This document shows positions 39,452 to 51,330 of a stretch of DNA of 64,000 nucleotides, piece after piece. Source of the DNA: Gammaproteobacteria bacterium (GTDB lineage Bacteria > Pseudomonadota > Gammaproteobacteria > GCA-001735895); NCBI GenBank assembly GCA_050306135.1, contig JBNLGQ010000040.1:14385-78384 (forward strand), given 5' to 3'. Position numbers and translations under genes: made by a program. The notes under the pieces were generated by a model. That model worked only from the letters and a program-made list of their open reading frames with translations. It had not been told where the DNA came from and ran no database searches. How positions within the stretch are numbered: position 1 is the first letter of the stretch; every line of letters begins with the position of its first letter.

Positions 39452-39554
39452 GACTGATATTCCAATTAGTTATGATAGTTATGAAAATTATGAGTTAGAG
39501 TTATTCTTTAATCAAGGTTAGACTCAACAACAGTTAACAATCAAGGTGAATGAG

Positions 39555-40967
39555 ATGGCTGCTTTAACGCTTTATGACAAGGTTTGGAACCGACACATAG
39601 TAAAACAGGAAGAGAATGGTACAGCTTTGCTGTATATCGACCGTCATCTGGTGCATGAGGTGACTTCTCCTCAGGCGTTTGAAGGTTTAGTCATCAACAA
39701 TCGTCCGCTCTGGCGTAAGCAATCGATTCTGGCTGTGCCTGATCATAATGTACCTACCGATAAGGGTGAGCGAAGTCAGGAGATCACAGACCCTGTGGCC
39801 CGCTTGCAGGTGGATACACTGGATAAGAATTGCGCAGACTTTGATCTGAATGAATTCAAAATGGACGATATACGCCAGGGTGTGGTGCATGTTATCGGCC
39901 CTGAACAGGGTGCTACCTTACCCGGTATGACCGTGGTGTGCGGCGATTCGCATACTGCAACGCACGGAGCTTTCGGTGCTTTAGCCTTTGGTATAGGTAC
40001 CTCTGAGGTTGAGCATGTGATGGCTACCCAGTGCCTGATCCAGAAAAAATCAAAGAATATGCGTATTACTATCGAAGGTGCGGTAGGCAAAGGGGTTACT
40101 GCGAAGGATATCGTGCTTGCCATTATTGGCAGAATTGGTACAGCAGGTGGCACCGGTTATACCATTGAGTTTGCAGGTGAAGCGATCACTAATCTGTCGA
40201 TGGAAGGTCGTATGACTGTGTGCAATATGGCCATAGAAGGCGGTGCCCGTGCTGGCATGATTGCCTGTGATCAAACCACCATCGATTATGTGAAAGGGCG
40301 TCCTTTTGCCCCTGGCGGGGAGCAGTGGGATCAGGCGGTGAGTTACTGGAATACCCTGCACTCCGATGCTGATGCGGTATTTGATCGTGAAATTGTCATC
40401 GAAGCGGCTAGTATTCAGCCACAGGTTACCTGGGGCACCTCTCCAGAAATGGTCATCGCAGTGAACGAAACAGTTCCTGATCCATCTACCGAGGCGGATG
40501 AAGTGAAAGCTAACGGGATGCAGAACGCACTCAAATACATGGGGCTGAATGCGAATGAAGCCATCAACCAGATTTCGGTGGATAAGGTGTTTATCGGTTC
40601 CTGCACCAATTCTCGTATTGAAGATTTGCGTGCTGCAGCAGATATCGCAAAAGGTCGTAAAGTGGCGGATAATGTGAAGCTTGCATTAGTGGTTCCCGGT
40701 AGTGGGCTGGTCAAAGCGCAGGCTGAGCAGGAAGGGCTGGACAGGATATTTGTCGAAGCTGGTTTCGAATGGCGTGAGCCTGGCTGTTCCATGTGCCTGG
40801 CAATGAATGCAGATCGACTGGAACCGGGAGAGCGTTGTGCGTCCACTTCCAATCGTAACTTTGAAGGTCGTCAGGGGCAGGGTGGTCGTACCCATCTGGT
40901 GTCCCCGGCGATGGCTGCTGCTGCTGCGGTTTTCGGTCACTTCACCGATGTGCGGGAGCTTAATTAA
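39555..40967 (+). CDS. leuC: 3-isopropylmalate dehydratase large subunit
   Basis: [43 protein letters not shown]. Confidence 0.98.
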   Translation: MAALTLYDKVWNRHIVKQEENGTALLYIDRHLVHEVTSPQAFEGLVINNRPLWRKQSILAVPDHNVPTDKGERSQEITDPVARLQVDTLDKNCADFDLNEFKMDDIRQGVVHVIGPEQGATLPGMTVVCGDSHTATHGAFGALAFGIGTSEVEHVMATQCLIQKKSKNMRITIEGAVGKGVTAKDIVLAIIGRIGTAGGTGYTIEFAGEAITNLSMEGRMTVCNMAIEGGARAGMIACDQTTIDYVKGRPFAPGGEQWDQAVSYWNTLHSDADAVFDREIVIEAASIQPQVTWGTSPEMVIAVNETVPDPSTEADEVKANGMQNALKYMGLNANEAINQISVDKVFIGSCTNSRIEDLRAAADIAKGRKVADNVKLALVVPGSGLVKAQAEQEGLDRIFVEAGFEWREPGCSMCLAMNADRLEPGERCASTSNRNFEGRQGQGGRTHLVSPAMAAAAAVFGHFTDVRELN

Positions 40968-40990
40968 GCGAATAAACTTAGAGGTGCTGA

Positions 40991-41119
40991 ATGAAAAAAA
41001 TTGCAATTGTATGTGTACTAGGTCTGATGTTTTCACTGCTAGGTTGCGAGACCATGAAGGGTTTGGGTCAGGATGTTCAGAAAGCAGGCAAGGCGCTGGA
41101 AAAGAAAGCCAGCGAATAG
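40991..41119 (+). CDS. Entericidin A/B family small lipoprotein (absent from the ORF track)
   Basis: GAGGTG RBS; MKKIAIVCVLGLMFSLLGCETMKGLGQDVQKAGKALEKKASE, lipobox LLGC. Confidence 0.88.
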   Translation: MKKIAIVCVLGLMFSLLGCETMKGLGQDVQKAGKALEKKASE

Positions 41120-41155
41120 TTTTTTTATACCGTTCCAACGAGCGCGGAGATAAAA

Positions 41156-41791
41156 GTGGAAAAGTTTGAAAAGTTTACCGGGATTGTCGCAGCTATAGAT
41201 CGACCCAATGTCGATACCGATGCCATCATCCCCAAGCAATATTTGAAGTCAATTAAACGTACTGGCTTTGGTCCAAATCTGTTTGATGACTGGCGTTATC
41301 TTGATCCGGGTTTGCCGGGAATGGACCATCGTGAACGTCGTGTTAATCCTGACTTTATGTTGAACAAGACGCCTTACAAATATGCTCAGATATTGCTGGC
41401 CAGAGAAAACTTTGGCTGCGGATCTTCACGCGAACATGCGGTATGGGCTTTAACTGATTTTGGTTTTAAGGTTGTTATCGCACCTAGCTTTGCTGATATC
41501 TTTTTTAACAACAGTTTTAAAAGCGGGCTGCTGCCTATTGTCTTAAGTCCGGCGATTGTTGATCAGCTATTCAATGAGCTGAACGAAAAAGAAGATTACC
41601 AGTTATCGGTTGATCTTGAACAGCAAGTGGTGTGCAATTCTGCAGGTGTGCAGATATCTTTTGAAGTCGATGAATTCCGCAAGTTTTGCCTGTTGAATGG
41701 ACTGGATGACATTGGTTTGACCCTGCAAAATGCGGATGCGATAAAAGCTTTTGAAGAGAAGTATTATCAACAATCACCGTGGCTAAAGTGA
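41156..41791 (+). CDS. leuD: 3-isopropylmalate dehydratase small subunit
   Basis: [34 protein letters not shown]. Confidence 0.97.
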   Translation: MEKFEKFTGIVAAIDRPNVDTDAIIPKQYLKSIKRTGFGPNLFDDWRYLDPGLPGMDHRERRVNPDFMLNKTPYKYAQILLARENFGCGSSREHAVWALTDFGFKVVIAPSFADIFFNNSFKSGLLPIVLSPAIVDQLFNELNEKEDYQLSVDLEQQVVCNSAGVQISFEVDEFRKFCLLNGLDDIGLTLQNADAIKAFEEKYYQQSPWLK

Positions 41792-41805
41792 TCGCAGGCA
41801 TATAA

Positions 41806-42882
41806 ATGGCATCTAAAATAGCTGTTTTAGCGGGAGATGGTATTGGTCCTGAAATCATCAATGAGGCAGTAAAGGTACTCGAGTGCCTGAAGCGTTATCA
41901 TGGCTTACCGGTTGAGATGGAAAGCGCTACTATTGGTGGGGCAGCTTACGATGAGTCTGGATCTCCGCTACCCGAAAAAACATTGGCGCTTTGCAAGGAG
42001 TCAGATGCTATATTGATGGGCGCAGTGGGTGGGCCACAGTATCAATCTCTGGAAAGAGATTTGAGGCCTGAAAAAGGGCTGTTGAACCTGCGTTCAGAGC
42101 TGGGCCTATTCTCGAGTTTACGTCCGGCCATTCTCTATCCGCAACTGGCAAGCGCCTCCAGTCTTAAACCTGAGATTGTTTCTGGACTGGATATATTGAT
42201 TGTTCGTGAATTGATCGGTGGTGTTTATTTTGGCCAGCCACGCGGCATTCGTACCCTGGATAGCGGCGAGCGTGAAGGCTATAACACGTTGATTTACGCA
42301 GAACATGAAATTGAACGTATTGCGCGATCAGCTTTTGAAGTGGCTATGAAGCGTAATAAAAAAGTATGTTCTGTAGATAGCGCCAATTTGCTTGAGGTTT
42401 CCGAGCTTTGGCGTGAAGTTATGCAGCGTGTAGTAAAGGAGTACCCAGAGATTGAGCTATCACATATGTATGTCGGTAATGCTTCTATGCAACTGGTGAG
42501 ATGGCCTAAACAGTTTGATGTGATGGTCACCAGTAATATGTTTGGCGATATTCTATCTGATACTGCTGCGATGTTAACGGGCTCAATCGGTATGCTGCCA
42601 TCAGCTTCGCTGGATAAAGATGGCAAAGGTCTGTACGAGCCCATTCATGGGTCGGCTCCGGATATAGTTGGAACCAATACCGCCAATCCTTTGGCGACCA
42701 TTTTATCTGTGGGAATGATGTTGCGTTATAGCCTGAATAATCCAGAGCTTGCCGATCGTGTCGATCAGGCTGTGGAGCTTGTGCTCGATAAGGGTATCCG
42801 TACACAGGATATTGCAGATGGTGGATCTTATGTCAGCACCAGTGAAATGGGTAATGCTGTAGTTAACATTTTAAAGAAATAA
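41806..42882 (+). CDS. leuB: 3-isopropylmalate dehydrogenase-like protein with atypical active-site substitutions
   Basis: [27 protein letters not shown] and operon context; but VDSAN (canonical VDKAN) and YVGN (canonical YVDN). Confidence 0.9.
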   Translation: MASKIAVLAGDGIGPEIINEAVKVLECLKRYHGLPVEMESATIGGAAYDESGSPLPEKTLALCKESDAILMGAVGGPQYQSLERDLRPEKGLLNLRSELGLFSSLRPAILYPQLASASSLKPEIVSGLDILIVRELIGGVYFGQPRGIRTLDSGEREGYNTLIYAEHEIERIARSAFEVAMKRNKKVCSVDSANLLEVSELWREVMQRVVKEYPEIELSHMYVGNASMQLVRWPKQFDVMVTSNMFGDILSDTAAMLTGSIGMLPSASLDKDGKGLYEPIHGSAPDIVGTNTANPLATILSVGMMLRYSLNNPELADRVDQAVELVLDKGIRTQDIADGGSYVSTSEMGNAVVNILKK

Positions 42883-42893
42883 GGGTAAAAATA

Positions 42894-44009
42894 ATGAATA
42901 GAGTGGGTTTTATTGGTTGGCGCGGGATGGTGGGTTCCGTTTTAATGCAGCGTATGCGTGAAGAGAATGATTTTGCGAAAATCGCAGAACCTGTTTTTTT
43001 TACTACTTCACAGGTCGGTCAGGCAGGACCTGATATCGGCAAGGAAACGCCTCCATTAATGGATGCGAATGACATTGAGTCTTTAAAATCAATGGATGCA
43101 ATTGTTACCTGTCAGGGTGGGGATTACACCAAACAGGTTTTTGATGATCTTCGTGCCAGCGGCTGGCAAGGGTACTGGATAGATGCAGCTTCGGCATTAC
43201 GCATGAAAGATCATGCTGTGATTGTACTGGATCCAGTTAACCGCGACGTGATTGATGCTGCACTGGATGCGGGTAAAAAAGACTTTATCGGTGGCAACTG
43301 TACCGTCAGCCTGATGATGCTGGCCTTAGGTGGATTACTGCAAAATGATCAAATCGAATGGATTAGTGCAATGACCTATCAGGCTGCATCCGGTGCGGGT
43401 GCGCGTAATATGCGTGAGCTGATCAGCCAGATGGGCAGTATTGAAAAATCAGTACATGATTTATTGCTGGACCCATCTTCTGCAATCCTGGATATAGATC
43501 GTCAAGTTGCCGAGCATATTCGTTCAGCTGAATATCCTACTGATCAATTTGGTGTGCCATTAGCGGGCAGCTTAATTCCCTGGATAGACGTGCAACTGGA
43601 AAATGGTCAGAGCAAGGAAGAATGGAAAGGTGGTGTAGAAACCAACAAAATCCTGGGGCGTTCTGATAATTTGATTCCTATTGATGGTCTTTGTGTCAGA
43701 ATAGGGGCAATGCGTTGTCACTCCCAGGCATTAACGATCAAGCTAAAGCAAAATCTGCCGATGGATGAAATTCACGATATGCTGGCAAAAGCTAACGATT
43801 GGGTTAAAGTGCTGCCCAATGATCGAGACATCAGCATGCAACAGCTATCACCTGCCGTAGTAACCGGATCTCTGGATATTCCAGTTGGACGCCTACGTAA
43901 GATGGCAATGGGTGAAAACTATCTGTCTGCTTTTACTGTTGGTGATCAATTATTATGGGGCGCGGCAGAACCGCTACGAAGAATGTTAAATATTTTACTA
44001 AACAGATGA
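42894..44009 (+). CDS. asd: Aspartate-semialdehyde dehydrogenase
   Basis: [39 protein letters not shown]. Confidence 0.97.
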   Translation: MNRVGFIGWRGMVGSVLMQRMREENDFAKIAEPVFFTTSQVGQAGPDIGKETPPLMDANDIESLKSMDAIVTCQGGDYTKQVFDDLRASGWQGYWIDAASALRMKDHAVIVLDPVNRDVIDAALDAGKKDFIGGNCTVSLMMLALGGLLQNDQIEWISAMTYQAASGAGARNMRELISQMGSIEKSVHDLLLDPSSAILDIDRQVAEHIRSAEYPTDQFGVPLAGSLIPWIDVQLENGQSKEEWKGGVETNKILGRSDNLIPIDGLCVRIGAMRCHSQALTIKLKQNLPMDEIHDMLAKANDWVKVLPNDRDISMQQLSPAVVTGSLDIPVGRLRKMAMGENYLSAFTVGDQLLWGAAEPLRRMLNILLNR

Positions 44010-44944
44010 CACAACCACTAATTGCAATAACTCATGCCAGCTCTCTGCTGGCAGAAGTTTTAATCCAGCAAATGGCAGAATCCGGCATCAAGTCGGATTC
44101 TGTCGTTTTACTCGATACTAACGAAGAGTCCGGTAATAGACTGGCCTATGCAGATACCTATCTGACCGTAGGTGATCAATACGAATATGACTACGAAAAC
44201 TTAACAGCAGTTTTGCTGTTACAGGCGGATAACGAGCTGGAAAGCCTGTTACAGCATTGTGACAGTTATGTGATCAGTCATCACCTGGATAAAAATCGAG
44301 AAGGTTTATATGTGACAGGATCTGATCTCCCTGACAGCCCCGCGATGATCAAATTACCCAGTCCTGAAGTGGCGACCTTGATGATGGTCATTAATCCACT
44401 GATGCAATCGATGACGATTAAATCACTACAGACAGTCAATGTTCTATCTGCAGCTCTGTTCGGAAAGTCCGGAATTGAGCAGCTCGCTAAACAAACTATC
44501 AACCTGTTAAATAGCAAGGAGGCAGAAAATAGTTTGTTTCCTTTGCAACTTGCTTTTAATATGCTGCCCGCAGTATCAAACACCGAACTGGAGTATCAGT
44601 TATCTACTGCACTGGGTAGTGATACGCAGTGCTCTATAAATAATATACTGGTACCAGCTATGCATGGAATGGCAATATCAGTGTCGGTAGAGCTGGGTGA
44701 AGAGGTGACCTCAGAAGAGGTTCATGACAGGTTGAGTGCTATTGAGGGTGTTGTATTGACTAAACAACCGGTAAGCCCTTTGACACACTGTCAAAATGGT
44801 ACAGATATCGTGATATTCGATCTGAATCAGCCTCAAAATGATGCTAAAAGATTACATTTCTGGATGATTGCCGATTCACTTAGAAATGGATTGGTGCAAA
44901 ATTACCTGAATATATTGGAAGTTTTGCTAAAATCTTTTTTATAA
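44006..44944 (+). CDS. Usg-like Asd paralog lacking the catalytic Cys
   Basis: [18 protein letters not shown]; PSPEV where NC is expected; typical asd-usg-fimV-truA context. Confidence 0.75.
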   Translation: MTQPLIAITHASSLLAEVLIQQMAESGIKSDSVVLLDTNEESGNRLAYADTYLTVGDQYEYDYENLTAVLLLQADNELESLLQHCDSYVISHHLDKNREGLYVTGSDLPDSPAMIKLPSPEVATLMMVINPLMQSMTIKSLQTVNVLSAALFGKSGIEQLAKQTINLLNSKEAENSLFPLQLAFNMLPAVSNTELEYQLSTALGSDTQCSINNILVPAMHGMAISVSVELGEEVTSEEVHDRLSAIEGVVLTKQPVSPLTHCQNGTDIVIFDLNQPQNDAKRLHFWMIADSLRNGLVQNYLNILEVLLKSFL

Positions 44945-45067
44945 TCTATAGTTACAACTACTTGTGAAAGTGTTTTCTTTAAAGTAAATTCTCTGACTTA
45001 ATAGACAGACTACTGTTCATACAGGGCTTTTTAATAAAAATTCGTTAGGGAGTTTGGGAGACTAAAC

Positions 45068-48000
45068 GTGCGTAAATCGGGAACAATATTATCACTTTGG
45101 ACAGCGTTACTGTGTTTTCCACTCAGTATCTTTGCCCTGGGCCTAGGTGAGATCGAAGTTAATTCGTATTTAAATCAGCCGCTTAAGGCTGAAATTGAAG
45201 TGGTGGCTGCGCGGCCAGGAGAGATCGACGATCTACTGGTCAGCCTGGCAAGTCGCGATGCTTTTCGTAAAGCGGGTCTTGAGCGCCCATCAGATTTATC
45301 CAAACTGCGCTTTCAGATTGAAAAAGCTGAGGATGCTCAGAGTGCAAAAATTCTGATCACAACGAAGTCAGCCATTAAAGAGCCTTTTCTAAATTTCCTG
45401 GTGGAAGCCGATTGGGCCAAAGGGCGTTTACTGAGAGAGTATACCGTCCTGTTAGATCCTCCCTATTTTGCCCAGCAGGCACAACAGGCTGCCCCCAGTA
45501 TCACTAATGAGCCTGCCACTGAATCTCAACCAGCTCCACTGCCCGAGACTCAGCAGGATAGTATGGCAATCGAGCCAGAGGCCGCTGCTCAGCCACAGCC
45601 TATAGCCTTAAACGAACAAACAGCTCAGCCAGTTGAAGAACAGGAACCTGAATCCAGTTATACCGCTCAACCAACCTACAGCGAAACTAGTCCTGTCGAA
45701 AATGAATTTGTCGTTACTCGTGGAGATACTCTGTGGGGTATCGCTGCTCGAATCAAGGATGATGATCACAGTATGGCGCAGGTGATGCTGGCTATCCAGA
45801 CTGCTAATCCTGATGCTTTTGCAAGGGATAACATCAATAACTTAAAAGTGGGTGCTGTTATCCGCATGCCTGACAGTGCCTCCTTTGATGACCTGAGCAA
45901 GCAACAGGCTTATGCACAGGTACTTGAGCAAAATGGGCTTTGGGACGATTACGTTGCCAGAAAAACAGGCACGGCTACAGCCGGTAGCCCAATGGCTGAT
46001 ACTGCCGCTTCATCTGAGCCTGTTGAAGCTGAGTCCGGGCAATTAAGTCTACTTGCCCCTGGTGATGAGGATTCTACAACTGCCAGTATGACATCAGATG
46101 ACTCTGCCGATTCCAATCAATTACGTAAACAACTGGCGCTGGCTGAAGAAGAGCTGGAAGCATCGCGCCTGGAAAATAAGGATTTACAGTCTCGTGTAGC
46201 TGATCTGGAACGTCAGCTAGAGAAAGTTGAAGAGCTGCAAAAGATAGTTCAGATTACTAACAATAGTATGGCCCAGATTCAGCAACAGGCGGCTGATCAG
46301 GAACCGGCTACTGAAGAAAGTAGTAGCATGGTAGAAGAACAACCAAGCGATGTGATGATCGAAGCAGCTGAGAAATTAGCAGCTGAAGAAGGAGATCAGT
46401 CGCTCGATACAACAGACCAGGCTGCAGAAATGATGGTAGACGAAGCCGAGTCAGAAGGTGTTACTGATTCTATGGCTCAATCTACTGATACCATGTCTAC
46501 TGAGGCTGAAACCGTACTGCCAACCCTCCCAGAACAGGATATGCAGCAGGCGGATGATGGCATGATTGCTGATGAAGCCGACACACAACAGCAAACTGAA
46601 GCTGTTCCTGCACCTGCACCTGTCATTGTGACTGAATCTCAGGATGGTATTCTGGATACCGTACCTTCAGTAGATAGTCTTTTAGGTGACCCTATCGTAT
46701 TGGGTGGTATTGGCGCCATAGTCTTATTGTTATTAGGTCTGTTATTTGTACGTCGTCGCAAGTCTTCCGAAGCTGAACAGGGTATCACCATTGAGGAACC
46801 TGATGAGTCTCTAGTTGATGATGACGCGACACCGATCCACCTACCTTCAGTGGGAGACACTGAAGACAGCAAAACACCTGAAGAAGATGAACTGGTAGCT
46901 GATACGGCATCTATGTTGGCTGAGCCTACAGAACAGGCTGAAGATGAATTTTCTAAAACCGCAATAATTTCTGAAGATGAAACCCAGCAAATAGAAAACG
47001 ATTCATCCGCCGTTGATGCTGAGCAGGATGACGTGCTGAATGAGGTCGACGTATATCTAGCCTATGGCCTATATGAGAATGCTGAAGATTTACTAAAAGA
47101 AAACCTTGAAAACTCCCCCGATCGTGCAGATTATCGAGCCAAATTACTGGATACCTTTTTTGCTACCAAGAACAAAGATCAGTTCGTTAAGGAAGCAGAG
47201 GCTCTTAAATCTCTCGGCGGTGCAGCTGATCGTTACTGGAATCGCGTACAGATCATGGGTTATGAACTGGCACCAGAAAATGAATTATTTGCCGGTGCTC
47301 AGGATAGTGATTTATCGGTAGCTGACCTTGAGTTCGCCAAGCCTGAAACTGCTGATTTTGATATTGGTGCAGATGACGATGTTACCGATTATTCAAATAC
47401 AGATTTTGACCTAAGCGTTGATACTCAAAATTTTGAGCCAATAGATCCTACTGTTGTAAAGCCGGCAGCAGTTGTTGAATCAACGGATACTCAAAATATC
47501 GAACCTGTTTTAGACGAATTCTCTGAAACAATGGTAGATAACGAACTGGATCTACCTGAACTGGAAACTGAAGATGAGGAGTTGCCTGATGATATTGGCG
47601 ATTTCGATCTTGATTTAGGTGAAAATGAAACATCAGAATCAAATGACGATGATCTAGACCTCTTAAGTGAGGAAATTGAAGCTGCAGAAGAAGATGATGC
47701 TCTAAGCTTCGACTTACCTGATGATCTGGATCTGTCTACAGGTGTTGAAGATATGGCTGACGATGCCGATATTATCGAGTTGGACGATACGGTTGAAGCT
47801 CCTGCTGCTCAGGATGAACAGTCAGATATGGAAGATGATGATGTCATACTGGAACTGGATTCGGATGATGATGACGAAGCCGACTTAGGGGAAGTCGAAG
47901 TTGAACTGGATACAGGCTCTGCGGAAGATAATGTACAGAAAGCATTTAATTCAACAGATGAGATCAATCTATCTGATATTGCTCTGGATGAGCCAAAGGA

Positions 48001-48571
48001 TATTACTGATACCATGCTAATAGATTCAGCTGAGCTGAATGTCGAGGGTGAAGGATCAGAATCAGATGAAGATGATGAAGAAATTCAGAATCTTGATTCG
48101 GCGCTGGACTTTGATATGTCAGATATTGATTCTGCAGAGCTTCAAACGGGTACTTTTTCACCCTCTGAAGTTGAAGGGGGAGCATCTGAAGATGAAGGCT
48201 TAGATGGAGATGATGATACCGAGTTCAGACCTGCAGAAATGACAGGCGAGTTTGAGGTGCCAGCTGAATCAGATATTCATGATGAAATTGACCCTGATGC
48301 TGGAATAGAAAAGACGGGTACCTTTGCCCCTGGTGATTTTGGTGATGATGAGCTAAATGACTTCTCTTCTATGGATGATGGCCTGGATGATATCGAAGAT
48401 TTGATGCTACCCGATGATGTTGATGAAGTAGCAACCAAACTTGATTTGGCTAAAGCGTTTATTGATATGGGTGATGCTGAAGGCGCTAGAAGTAGTCTGG
48501 AAGAAGTGCTGTCCGAAGGTACTCAGGAACAGAAAGCTGAAGCGACCGGCTTACTGGAACAGATAAAGTAA
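45068..48571 (+). CDS. fimV: Polar landmark protein FimV/HubP
   Basis: ALGLGEIEVNSYLNQPL, REYTVLLDPP, LysM (GDTLWGIA), TM, EVDVYLAYG TPR, acidic region, TKLDLAKAFIDMGD. Confidence 0.93.
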   Translation: MRKSGTILSLWTALLCFPLSIFALGLGEIEVNSYLNQPLKAEIEVVAARPGEIDDLLVSLASRDAFRKAGLERPSDLSKLRFQIEKAEDAQSAKILITTKSAIKEPFLNFLVEADWAKGRLLREYTVLLDPPYFAQQAQQAAPSITNEPATESQPAPLPETQQDSMAIEPEAAAQPQPIALNEQTAQPVEEQEPESSYTAQPTYSETSPVENEFVVTRGDTLWGIAARIKDDDHSMAQVMLAIQTANPDAFARDNINNLKVGAVIRMPDSASFDDLSKQQAYAQVLEQNGLWDDYVARKTGTATAGSPMADTAASSEPVEAESGQLSLLAPGDEDSTTASMTSDDSADSNQLRKQLALAEEELEASRLENKDLQSRVADLERQLEKVEELQKIVQITNNSMAQIQQQAADQEPATEESSSMVEEQPSDVMIEAAEKLAAEEGDQSLDTTDQAAEMMVDEAESEGVTDSMAQSTDTMSTEAETVLPTLPEQDMQQADDGMIADEADTQQQTEAVPAPAPVIVTESQDGILDTVPSVDSLLGDPIVLGGIGAIVLLLLGLLFVRRRKSSEAEQGITIEEPDESLVDDDATPIHLPSVGDTEDSKTPEEDELVADTASMLAEPTEQAEDEFSKTAIISEDETQQIENDSSAVDAEQDDVLNEVDVYLAYGLYENAEDLLKENLENSPDRADYRAKLLDTFFATKNKDQFVKEAEALKSLGGAADRYWNRVQIMGYELAPENELFAGAQDSDLSVADLEFAKPETADFDIGADDDVTDYSNTDFDLSVDTQNFEPIDPTVVKPAAVVESTDTQNIEPVLDEFSETMVDNELDLPELETEDEELPDDIGDFDLDLGENETSESNDDDLDLLSEEIEAAEEDDALSFDLPDDLDLSTGVEDMADDADIIELDDTVEAPAAQDEQSDMEDDDVILELDSDDDDEADLGEVEVELDTGSAEDNVQKAFNSTDEINLSDIALDEPKDITDTMLIDSAELNVEGEGSESDEDDEEIQNLDSALDFDMSDIDSAELQTGTFSPSEVEGGASEDEGLDGDDDTEFRPAEMTGEFEVPAESDIHDEIDPDAGIEKTGTFAPGDFGDDELNDFSSMDDGLDDIEDLMLPDDVDEVATKLDLAKAFIDMGDAEGARSSLEEVLSEGTQEQKAEATGLLEQIK

Positions 48572-48594
48572 TACTCAAATAAGTTAACAAAGCG

Positions 48595-48626
48595 AAGCCT
48601 GTTATTTTATATAACAGGCTTTTTTT
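48595..48626 (+). terminator. Intrinsic terminator after fimV
   Basis: AAGCCTGTTAT-TTTAT-ATAACAGGCTT followed by a T tract. Confidence 0.8.
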
Positions 48627-48671
48627 ATTGGCACTACTGTGCCCGTGGCAAGATCACACAACTTACCTTCT

Positions 48672-49454
48672 ATGTTTAGAGTAGCGCTTGGAATTGAATA
48701 TGATGGTTCTGCTTACTGTGGTTGGCAGAGGCAGACACATAGCCCTTCGGTGCAGCAAAATGTTGAATCTGCGCTTTCTTTTGTGGCAGACCATGAAGTA
48801 GAGCTGGTGTGTGCTGGTCGCACCGATACTGGAGTGCATGCCTGCCAGCAGGTGGTACATTTTGATACCAGTTCTGAACGGTCTATAAGAGCGTGGATGT
48901 TGGGTGCTAATTGCCGACTCCCGAAAGATATACGCATTCTCTGGGTACAGCCTGTAACAACAGATTTCCATGCTCGTTTCACTGCTATCGCTCGTAGTTA
49001 TCGCTATATTATTCTTAACTCTGAAATACCCAGTGCATTATTTAATAATAAAGTATGCTGGCAGCACCAGTTGCTGGATAGTGATAAAATGCACCTTGCG
49101 GCACAACAGCTGGTGGGGACGTTTGATTTCACTTCGTTTCGTGCAGCAGGATGTCAGGCAAAATCACCGGTTCGAGACATTAAGTCTATTGAGATAAGCC
49201 GGCAAGGTGATTTGATCTATCTGGATATTAAGGCCAATGCTTTTTTACATCATATGGTAAGAAACATCAGCGGGAGTCTGATTGCCATTGGGCGTGGTGA
49301 ATATCCGATAGAATGGTTGCAGGAGGTATTGCAGGCTCGCGATCGCAGGCAGGCAGCGATGACGGCAGTGGCTTCCGGGCTGTACTTTTTACGTCCTTAC
49401 TATCCTGAGCAATTCGAATTGCCCTGTAGTGTTCGAAAGCCCGTACTTTTTTAA
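48672..49454 (+). CDS. truA: tRNA pseudouridine(38-40) synthase
   Basis: EYDGSAYCGWQ, AGRTDTGVHA, FHARF, FLHHMVR. Confidence 0.96.
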   Translation: MFRVALGIEYDGSAYCGWQRQTHSPSVQQNVESALSFVADHEVELVCAGRTDTGVHACQQVVHFDTSSERSIRAWMLGANCRLPKDIRILWVQPVTTDFHARFTAIARSYRYIILNSEIPSALFNNKVCWQHQLLDSDKMHLAAQQLVGTFDFTSFRAAGCQAKSPVRDIKSIEISRQGDLIYLDIKANAFLHHMVRNISGSLIAIGRGEYPIEWLQEVLQARDRRQAAMTAVASGLYFLRPYYPEQFELPCSVRKPVLF

Positions 49455-49472
49455 TTTTAAACAGATCTTTTT

Positions 49473-50123
49473 ATGTCACCAGACAGTTTGTATCAGCGTA
49501 CCCGAGTAAAAATTTGTGGGTTAAAAACTTTCGAAGAGGCAAAGCTCGCCGCAGACTGTGGTGCTGACTCAATCGGATTGGTGTTTCATGCCCCGAGCCC
49601 CCGATATGTTGAACTGGAAAATGCCAGGGCTATTCGGCGTCAACTGCCGGCGTTTGTTACTTTGACAGCGCTTTTTCTGAATGAAACCGAGCAATGGGTA
49701 AGTCAGGTGGTTGAAGAGTTGAAGCCTGACTGTCTGCAGTTTCACGGTACAGAGTCTGCAGAATTCTGCCAGCGCTGGGGATTGCCATACATCAAGGCAA
49801 TACCTATGGCTAGTGTGGATAACCCTGATCAATATGCCGCCGAGTACGAATATGCACAGGGTTTTTTAATGGATAGTAATGCCGCTGGACGGCTGGGGGG
49901 ATCAGGTGATACATTTGACTGGTCGAAGATCCCTTCTAATTTCCACCACCCGCTTATTCTTGCGGGTGGTCTCACACCACTTAATGTGGCAGATGCAGTT
50001 GCTCAGGTAAAGCCCTGGGCTGTTGATGTCAGCAGTGGTGTGGAAAAATCCAGAGGGGTTAAGGACACATTATTAATACAGCAATTTTGTAAAGAGGTTC
50101 ATCGTGTCGACTGCCGAAGTTGA
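49473..50123 (+). CDS. trpF: Phosphoribosylanthranilate isomerase
   Basis: [30 protein letters not shown]. Confidence 0.96.
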   Translation: MSPDSLYQRTRVKICGLKTFEEAKLAADCGADSIGLVFHAPSPRYVELENARAIRRQLPAFVTLTALFLNETEQWVSQVVEELKPDCLQFHGTESAEFCQRWGLPYIKAIPMASVDNPDQYAAEYEYAQGFLMDSNAAGRLGGSGDTFDWSKIPSNFHHPLILAGGLTPLNVADAVAQVKPWAVDVSSGVEKSRGVKDTLLIQQFCKEVHRVDCRS

Positions 50124-51330
50124 AACAGTAACAGACTATAACCAGTATCCTGACGAGCGTGGCCATTTTGGCCGTTTCGGCGGCTTATTTGTAGCTGAAA
50201 CCTTAATGGGACCATTAAAGGAGTTACGTGAAGCTTATGAGCATTACGCTAAAGATCCTGATTTCCAGAAAGAATTTGATAAAGATCTTCAGCATTATGT
50301 AGGTAGACCGAGTCCGGTTTATCATGCCGAACGTCTGTCGCAAAAGATCGGTGGCGCGCAAATCTGGCTCAAGCGAGAAGATCTAAACCACACTGGCGCC
50401 CACAAAATTAACAATACTATTGGTCAGGCCTTGCTAGCAAAACGCATGGGCAAGAAAAGAATTATCGCCGAAACTGGTGCTGGTCAGCATGGTGTGGCAT
50501 CAGCTACGGTGGCAGCTCGACTGGGGCTGGAATGTGTCGTGTATATGGGCGCTGAAGATATCCAGCGTCAGGCACCCAATGTTTATCGTATGAAATTATT
50601 GGGTGCCGAAGTGGTTCCCGTGACCTCTGGATCTGCCACTTTAAAAGATGCATTAAATGAGGCTATGCGAGACTGGGTAACCAATATTGATGATACCTTT
50701 TATATCATCGGCACTGTGGCCGGCCCTCATCCATATCCTGCTATGGTAAGAGATTTTCAGACCATTATTGGACGTGAAGCACGTGAACAGATGATGCAGG
50801 CAGCTGGAAGATTACCCAATGCACTGGTTGCCTGTGTAGGTGGTGGGTCGAATGCCATAGGGCTGTTTCATGAGTTTCTGAATGACCGAGACATTGAAAT
50901 CTATGGCGTAGAAGGCGGTGGCGATGGTGTCGAATCAGGTCATCATGCTGCACCATTGACTGCAGGTGTCCCCGGCATCTTACATGGGAATAGAACCTTT
51001 CTGATGACCGATACCGATGGTCAGATCACAGAAACTCACTGCGTTTCCGCTGGACTGGATTATCCCGGAGTTGGCCCTGAACATGCCTGGTTAAAAGAAA
51101 CCCATCGTGCTACCTATACCACGGTAACCGATAAAGAAGCTTTGGCAGCTTTTCATGAATTAACCCTTGTTGAGGGTATTATCCCTGCACTGGAATCTTC
51201 TCATGCTATGGCGTATGCCTGTAAGCTCGCGGCTGAAAAGTCGTCAGACCAGATTATTCTGGTTAACCTGTCTGGTCGTGGTGACAAGGATATCAATACG
51301 ATTGCCGAGCTAGAAGGTATCAAACTATGA
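50104..51330 (+). CDS. trpB: Tryptophan synthase beta chain
   Basis: [38 protein letters not shown]. Confidence 0.98.
   Translation: MSTAEVETVTDYNQYPDERGHFGRFGGLFVAETLMGPLKELREAYEHYAKDPDFQKEFDKDLQHYVGRPSPVYHAERLSQKIGGAQIWLKREDLNHTGAHKINNTIGQALLAKRMGKKRIIAETGAGQHGVASATVAARLGLECVVYMGAEDIQRQAPNVYRMKLLGAEVVPVTSGSATLKDALNEAMRDWVTNIDDTFYIIGTVAGPHPYPAMVRDFQTIIGREAREQMMQAAGRLPNALVACVGGGSNAIGLFHEFLNDRDIEIYGVEGGGDGVESGHHAAPLTAGVPGILHGNRTFLMTDTDGQITETHCVSAGLDYPGVGPEHAWLKETHRATYTTVTDKEALAAFHELTLVEGIIPALESSHAMAYACKLAAEKSSDQIILVNLSGRGDKDINTIAELEGIKL

Noticed and set aside
40686-41239. Alternative ORFs across the leuC-leuD gap
   Set aside because: The gap is explained by the 42-aa lipoprotein, which has an RBS and lipobox.
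44006-44944. Second Asd-like gene lacking the catalytic Cys
   Set aside because: Matches the known Usg-type paralog in its usual context.
46700-48450. Extremely acidic low-complexity coding region
   Set aside because: Normal for the FimV/HubP cytoplasmic domain.
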